Of a stretch of 63,153 nt of DNA, positions 58,088 through 63,153 are shown piece after piece. How positions within the stretch are numbered: position 1 is the first letter of the stretch; every line of letters starts with the position of its first letter. The stretch covers positions 1 through 63,153 of the forward strand of contig JAEZYR010000145.1 in assembly GCA_023442635.1 (NCBI GenBank), given 5' to 3'. The translations under genes and the position numbers were made by a program. This stretch comes from Bacillota bacterium (GTDB lineage Bacteria > Bacillota > Clostridia > Saccharofermentanales > Fastidiosipilaceae). The notes under the pieces were generated by a model. That model saw only the letters and a list, made by a program, of their open reading frames with translations, was not told the DNA's origin and made no database searches.

Positions 58088-60076
58088 ATGCTAAAGAGAG
58101 CGAGATCGACAGCCTTGGCGGCCACCTTGACAGGATTGAGCCTGCTGTTGGCGAGCTGCGGAGGCGGAGGTGGCACGAGCCCATCGAAGACGCCTGAGAG
58201 CAATGGCGGCAGCGCCAGTGGAACGGGCCCAGCAGTATCGGCACCTGCAGGTGCTGGCGACATGACAGAAGTCGGTACACCACGTGGCGAAACCTTGATT
58301 GTTGAGTGCCAGTCCCCCACGGATGCGCCAGGTCAGTTCAACCCCTACATGCAGGGCACAACGATGGGCTTTGGCATCCACCAGCTCATGATGGGGCATC
58401 TCTGGGAGATCGATACCCAAAAGGGTGAGCAATTCGGTGAAATTGCGGACGGCCTGCCTGAGTCCAACGAGGACTTCACCGAGCACACGGTCAAAATCCG
58501 CCAGGGGATCAAGTGGTCGGACGGCGAAGATCTGAACGCGGACGACGTGGTCTTCACCTTCAATATGATCATGAGCGACCCCGACATTGCGCTGCGAGAC
58601 TATTATCTCCAGGTCTTCGACAAGGTCGAAAAGGTCGATGACTACACCGTCAAAATTAAGATGAAAGAGCGCTTCCCCCGCTTGGCACTGCGTTTTGGTG
58701 TCACGATCTGGGGTAACGATTTGCGCATTGTGCCCGAGCACATTTATAGCAAGGTCGAAAAGGTCACCACGTTCAAAGACGAGAAGCCTGTTGTTTGTGG
58801 CCCTTACACCGTCAAGGACTACGACCCCCTCGGCAAGTGGATCCTCTATGAGCGCCGCGAAGACTGGAAGCAGTCGACCCTCGGTGTCGTGACGGGCAAA
58901 GAACCTCACGCCAAGTATGTTTGGTTCCGCGCACTGGGCGACGACACGACCCGCCAGATGGCCATGATCAACAACGAAGTTGACATCCTCTGCGAAGTGA
59001 CGCCTGAAATTCTGGAAGCCATGACGGCTCAGAATGACAAGGTCTCAGCCTGGTACGACAAGTTCCCATACGCCACCAGTGACGATCCCTGCTCCAAGGG
59101 CTTGACCTTCATGTGCGACAAGGCCCCTTATAACAACAAAGACTTCCGTTGGGGTATCGCTTTGGCGCTGAACTTCGACGAAATCACCATGAACGTCTTT
59201 GATGGCGCAGGTCGCGCTTCGGTTCTGCCGATCATCACCGCAACTAGTGCCATTCAGAAACTGCACTATGAACCCCTGCTGCCTTGGCTGCGTGAGTTCA
59301 CCCTCGACCTAGGCGATGGCACGAGCATCAAGCCTTGGGATGATGGCTATGCCAAACGCATCAGCGAGCAGCTGCGCAGCAAGTATCCAGACCTGCCAAC
59401 CGACGAAAAAGACCTGATCGAAATGTTCGGTGTTGGCTGCTGGAAATACGACCCACAAGCTGCTGAGAAGCTCCTGACCAAAGCAGGCCTCGAAAAGAAA
59501 GCCGACGGCTGGTACTTTGAGGGCAAGCCCTTCGTCATCAACATGACCTATATTGCCGATACCGAAGCTCAGGCTGGCCGCAGCGTCAAAGCCGCTTACG
59601 ATCAGCTCGTCAAGTTCGGTCTGAAGTGCAATATCAGCTCCGAAAGCTCAGCAACTTGGGATACCAACGGTGCTTTGGGTAACTATGAACTGTCAGGTTA
59701 CTGGCCGACCGGCGGTATCACCCGCGACCTTTACAGCGTTATCTCGGGTTGGGACCAAGATCTCATGGCTCCTCTAGGCGAACGCGGCTCAGGTCAGGGC
59801 AGCCGTTGGCGCAGCCAGAAGGCGACGGACATCATCCACAAGCTCGCCCTGGTTGACCCAGAGTCCGACGAGTCCTTCGAACTCGGCCAAGAATTCATCA
59901 AGGTAGCTGTCGAAGAAATGCCTTTCATCGGCTTCCACTCTGGCGTGAAGTTCGTGCCGACCAACAGCACCTACTGGACCAACTACCCCAACGCCCAGAA
60001 TCCTTACAACGGCCCCTGGTGGTGGTGGAGCTGCTTCAAGTACATCCTCGCAGAGATTTCGCCTGTCGGCGCCTAA
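58088..60076 (+). CDS. ABC transporter substrate-binding lipoprotein, family 5, paralog 2
   Basis: Lipobox LLLASCGG. 662 aa. It shares long identical blocks with paralog 1, including GIKWSDGEDLNADDVVFT, GNDLRIVPEHIYSK, FGVGCWKYDP, GLEKKADGWYFEGKPFVI and PYNGPWWWWSCFKYIL. RBS GAGGAGGAG. Confidence 0.88.
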   Translation: MLKRARSTALAATLTGLSLLLASCGGGGGTSPSKTPESNGGSASGTGPAVSAPAGAGDMTEVGTPRGETLIVECQSPTDAPGQFNPYMQGTTMGFGIHQLMMGHLWEIDTQKGEQFGEIADGLPESNEDFTEHTVKIRQGIKWSDGEDLNADDVVFTFNMIMSDPDIALRDYYLQVFDKVEKVDDYTVKIKMKERFPRLALRFGVTIWGNDLRIVPEHIYSKVEKVTTFKDEKPVVCGPYTVKDYDPLGKWILYERREDWKQSTLGVVTGKEPHAKYVWFRALGDDTTRQMAMINNEVDILCEVTPEILEAMTAQNDKVSAWYDKFPYATSDDPCSKGLTFMCDKAPYNNKDFRWGIALALNFDEITMNVFDGAGRASVLPIITATSAIQKLHYEPLLPWLREFTLDLGDGTSIKPWDDGYAKRISEQLRSKYPDLPTDEKDLIEMFGVGCWKYDPQAAEKLLTKAGLEKKADGWYFEGKPFVINMTYIADTEAQAGRSVKAAYDQLVKFGLKCNISSESSATWDTNGALGNYELSGYWPTGGITRDLYSVISGWDQDLMAPLGERGSGQGSRWRSQKATDIIHKLALVDPESDESFELGQEFIKVAVEEMPFIGFHSGVKFVPTNSTYWTNYPNAQNPYNGPWWWWSCFKYILAEISPVGA

Positions 60077-60109
60077 GCTCTAACTGTACTTGACACGATC
60101 GGGAAACAG

Positions 60110-60138
60110 ACAAACCCGGCCATTTGAGCCGGGTTTGT
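60110..60138 (+). promoter_or_regulatory. Intercistronic hairpin between the binding-protein and permease genes
   Basis: A perfect 11-bp stem ACAAACCCGGC-catttga-GCCGGGTTTGT followed by TGACTT. The U-tail is poor, so this is likely a partial terminator or an mRNA stabiliser. Confidence 0.55.
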
Positions 60139-60165
60139 TGACTTAGAAAGGAGTCCATAGCCACC

Positions 60166-61167
60166 ATGAAATTTGCGAAGTATCTAGGTGCCAGAGTCCT
60201 GGCTTGTATTCTGACCATCTGGATCGGCGTGACCTTTATTTTCTTCATCCCGCGCTTGTTCCCCTCAGACCCAGTGGAGAACATGATCGGCCAGATCCAA
60301 TCTCGCTCTGGATCCATGGACCCAGTTCAGCTAGAGTCCTTGCGCCATAGCTTGCGCATCCAATTCGGCCTAGAGGGTTCGCTCTTAGAGCAATATGGCA
60401 CCTATCTCTGGAAAGGCCTCTTGCACTTTGACTTCGGGCCCTCGCTGATGAGCTATCCGAACCCTGTAGGCGAGATCATCGGCCGCTATTTGCCCTATAC
60501 GCTCTTCCTTTCCTTGGGCAGCACGATTATCGCTTGGATTGTCGGCAATACGATTGGCTTGTTGGCTGGCTTTAGGCAGAACAAGCGCTCCTCCAAGATC
60601 CTCGAAGGCATCGCCATTTGTATCTACCCCATCCCTTATTTCATCATCGCGTTGGTGCTACAAATTGTTTTTGCCTTCGTCCTCAAATGGTTCCCCTTGC
60701 AGGCCTCATTCCCAGCTGGCAGCACGTTTAATTGGCAGTACTTTGTCAGCCTGCTCCGCTCGTCCATATTGCCTGGCGTTTCGCTCTTGCTCGTCGGCAC
60801 AGGCTGGTGGATTATTTCGATGAAGTCGCTCTCAGCCACGACAGCCCAAGAAGACTTTGTGGGCTTTGCGCGCCTTCGCGGCTTATCCGAAATGACCATT
60901 GGACGCCGCTATGTGCTCCGCAACTCCATTTTGACGCAGATTACAGCCCTAGGCATGAGCTTGGGCGGCGTCTTTGGCGGTTCAATCATGACGGAAATTA
61001 TTTTTGGATACCCTGGTGTGGGAACCTTGATCCAAAAGGCAATCTTGCAGTCAGACTACAACATGATTCTGGGTTGTATCACGATTTCGATTGTCGCTAT
61101 TTCGGTCGCAACCTTGATTGTGGATTTGATCTATCCGTTCATTGACCCACGGATTCGGTATAGCTGA
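60166..61167 (+). CDS. ABC transporter permease (DppB/OppB-like)
   Basis: 333 aa, 6 TM helices. The conserved loop segment FVGFARLRGLSEMTIGRRYVLRNS is present. Confidence 0.9.
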   Translation: MKFAKYLGARVLACILTIWIGVTFIFFIPRLFPSDPVENMIGQIQSRSGSMDPVQLESLRHSLRIQFGLEGSLLEQYGTYLWKGLLHFDFGPSLMSYPNPVGEIIGRYLPYTLFLSLGSTIIAWIVGNTIGLLAGFRQNKRSSKILEGIAICIYPIPYFIIALVLQIVFAFVLKWFPLQASFPAGSTFNWQYFVSLLRSSILPGVSLLLVGTGWWIISMKSLSATTAQEDFVGFARLRGLSEMTIGRRYVLRNSILTQITALGMSLGGVFGGSIMTEIIFGYPGVGTLIQKAILQSDYNMILGCITISIVAISVATLIVDLIYPFIDPRIRYS

Positions 61168-61177
61168 GGAGGCGACC

Positions 61178-62023
61178 ATGAAAAAGTTTGCTCAATTTTG
61201 GAAAAATGCCAACTTTCGCCTGCGTACTGGCCTCATCGTCACGGCGTTTTTCGTCCTGATCGGCTTTGTGCTCTTTTATGTGCCGCACGTCAGCCCCTTC
61301 ACGTATAACACCTATCCGCCCAAGCAAGGCGCCAGTTGGGAACATTGGCTAGGCACCACGAGCATGGGACAAGACATTTTCTGGTTGATGGTGGAGGGCA
61401 TCCATAACTCCTTGGCCATCGGTTTGATTGTGGCGACGATCGGTACGGTTGTGGGCGTCTTTGTCGGTCTTCTCGCTGGTTTTTCGGGTGGCCTGCTCGA
61501 CCGCGTGCTGATGGTCATCACCGATACTTTCGTCGTGATACCCTCCCTGCCCATCCTCATTTTGATGACCTCTTTGATGAAGGGCTCCGCGACGGTCGTC
61601 CTTATGGCGCTGGTCCTAGCCCTCTTTGCTTGGGCTTGGCCGAGCCGCCAGATCCGCTCCATGGCTCTCAGCATTCGTGAGCGCGACTTCATTCACACGG
61701 CCTGGTTCTCAGGCGAGGGAACGGTGCAAGTCGTCGTCACTGAGATCCTGCCCTACGCCCTGTCCTGGTCTTTGTCCAACTTTATGAATGCGACTTTGGC
61801 TGCTATTGCCTCTGAGTCCAGCTTGGCTGTTTTGGGTCTGTCGCCTGGCAACCTGATTTCACTCGGCAATGTCATCCAGTGGGCGAGAGAGCGCAACGCC
61901 ATCTTTACCAAACAGTGGCTGTGGATTGGCTCGCCGATCGTGGCTACCGTCATTCTTTTCATCGGCCTGTTCTTGCTCATTACAGGCTATAACGACTATC
62001 TATCAAAGAAGCGAGGACAGTGA
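61178..62023 (+). CDS. ABC transporter permease (DppC/OppC-like)
   Basis: I chose the ATG at 61178 because the RBS GAGGAGG precedes it; the track ORF begins at 61142. The motif RERDFIHTAWFSGEG is present. The stop codon lies 2 nt before the start of the next gene (TGATTATG). Confidence 0.9.
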   Translation: MKKFAQFWKNANFRLRTGLIVTAFFVLIGFVLFYVPHVSPFTYNTYPPKQGASWEHWLGTTSMGQDIFWLMVEGIHNSLAIGLIVATIGTVVGVFVGLLAGFSGGLLDRVLMVITDTFVVIPSLPILILMTSLMKGSATVVLMALVLALFAWAWPSRQIRSMALSIRERDFIHTAWFSGEGTVQVVVTEILPYALSWSLSNFMNATLAAIASESSLAVLGLSPGNLISLGNVIQWARERNAIFTKQWLWIGSPIVATVILFIGLFLLITGYNDYLSKKRGQ

Positions 62024-62025
62024 TT

Positions 62026-63153
62026 ATGCTACGAGTAGAACACCTGTCGACGCATTACGAGACGATGCGGGGCAACGTCCACGTCATCAATGACTTGAAC
62101 TTTGAGATCCAGGACAACGAAATTTTCGGCATTGCTGGTGAGTCAGGCTGTGGCAAGACGACCTTGCTCAAAACGCTCTATGACATCATTGAATTTCCGC
62201 TTGTGGTGGGAGGCGGCCGCGTCGTCTTGAGCGGCGAGAGCCTGGGGCGCAATTTTTGCTACGAAACAGGCAACATCCGTCAGACCTGGTGGCGCAATAT
62301 AGCCTATGTGCCGCAAGCCGCCCAGTCAGTTTTGAACCCGATTTTGCCTGTCAAACAGCATTTCTTGGACTCGATGAGTCGAGAAGGGCGCAAGGGCAAA
62401 AAAGAGAAAGAAATTCTCGACCTGGTGGCCGCCTACCTCGAAGAGCTCAGCTTGTCGCCTGACTTGCTGAACGCCTATCCTTTCCAGCTGTCTGGCGGTA
62501 TGCGCCAGCGCATGATCATCGCTTTGGCGACTTGCATGAACCCCAATGTGGTGCTAGCTGACGAGCCGACAACCGCGCTAGACGTGGTCGTCCAAAAGGG
62601 CATTTTGATGATGCTGATGCGCCTGCAACAGCGCCAGCGCAACACCCTGGTCATCGTCAGCCACGATATGGGCGTGCACTACCAGATCACCAAGCGCATG
62701 GCCATTATGTATTCAGGCTCGATTGCGGAGTTAGGGCCGACGGAGGCGATTTTCTCAGATCCTATCCACCCCTATACCCAAATGCTGGTAGCGTCTCTGC
62801 CACGCGTGGGCGACAAGAGCCAAAAAGTGGGTATCCCAGGCCGTCCACCAGCCTTAGCCGATCCGCCGCCTGGCTGTCGTTTTGCCCCTCGCTGTCCCCA
62901 TGCTTGTGAGGTCTGCCGCAAGCAAGTGCCACATTTCCGTGAGCTCCTGCCAGGTCGCTTTGCTGCCTGCCATCTGCTTGAAACTTGTGGTGGCAAGGTG
63001 CAGCTGAATCCAGCTGTGGCCGAAGCCAACGCTCGCGAGGCCGAGATCAAGATTGCTGAAAGTGCGCTAGAAGGGGCAAAGATGGTCGCGGCTGCCGAAA
63101 CGAGCAAGAAGCGCTCGCGCAAAGAAGAGGCAGCAGCCAAGGCTATCGAAAAG
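62026..63153 (+). CDS. ABC transporter ATP-binding protein (OppD/DppD-like), 3'-incomplete at the window end
   Basis: This ORF is not in the track because it is open-ended. Manual translation begins MLRVEHLSTHYETMRGNVHVINDLNFEIQDNEIFGIAGESGCGKTT. Signature LSGGMRQRMIIALA, Walker B VLADEPTTALD, and the oligopeptide C-terminal Cys motif GCRFAPRCPHACEVC are all present. There is no stop across 376 codons to base 63153. Confidence 0.88.
   Translation, partial: MLRVEHLSTHYETMRGNVHVINDLNFEIQDNEIFGIAGESGCGKTTLLKTLYDIIEFPLVVGGGRVVLSGESLGRNFCYETGNIRQTWWRNIAYVPQAAQSVLNPILPVKQHFLDSMSREGRKGKKEKEILDLVAAYLEELSLSPDLLNAYPFQLSGGMRQRMIIALATCMNPNVVLADEPTTALDVVVQKGILMMLMRLQQRQRNTLVIVSHDMGVHYQITKRMAIMYSGSIAELGPTEAIFSDPIHPYTQMLVASLPRVGDKSQKVGIPGRPPALADPPPGCRFAPRCPHACEVCRKQVPHFRELLPGRFAACHLLETCGGKVQLNPAVAEANAREAEIKIAESALEGAKMVAAAETSKKRSRKEEAAAKAIEK

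Overview
The window is an origin-proximal chromosomal segment of a Bacillota genome. It looks Clostridia-like (RpoB starts MVHPV; the dnaA-dnaN-recF-remB-gyrB block is present). GC is in the mid-50s % by eye.

Left arm (1-23.1 kb), every gene on the minus strand: partial DEDD exonuclease, NlpC/P60 hydrolase, MFS transporter, rpoC, rpoB, a membrane-anchored parvulin PPIase, parB, parA, gyrB, a DUF370/RemB-like gene, recF, dnaN and dnaA.

- The dnaA-dnaN spacer carries four identical TTTTCCACA DnaA-box 9-mers.
- The gyrB-parA spacer carries three parS sites.

Right arm (23.4-63.2 kb), mostly plus strand:

- a polar amino-acid ABC transporter, a VanZ-like membrane protein, a GNAT, and an EamA transporter broken by one in-frame TAA
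- a DUF308-like membrane protein, PepF, a HAD nucleotidase, a dGTPase, tRNA-Thr(GGT), a D-Ala-D-Ala carboxypeptidase and an NADH oxidase
- a ~745-nt ORF-free spacer that appears structured
- a Gfo/Idh/MocA oxidoreductase, two adjacent LacI regulators, and a 3397-aa wall-anchored adhesin (LRR, MucBP-like, SpaA-like and CnaB repeats, IPRTG sorting signal)
- aminopeptidase P and a peptide-type ABC operon with two tandem paralogous ~660-aa lipoprotein binding proteins, two permeases and a 3'-truncated ATPase

I saw no CRISPR array, transposase, integrase, phage gene or recognisable defence gene, and I cannot point to a clear novel multi-gene system.

Best leads:

1. the GC-normal, ORF-free, helix-rich spacer at 38.8-39.5 kb (candidate unclassified ncRNA or micro-ORF)
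2. the triple parS cluster and the non-canonical origin synteny
3. the giant adhesin with its AT-rich control region and non-canonical sorting motif
4. an orphan bidirectional terminator at 27.3 kb

All motif calls were made by eye and no database search was run.
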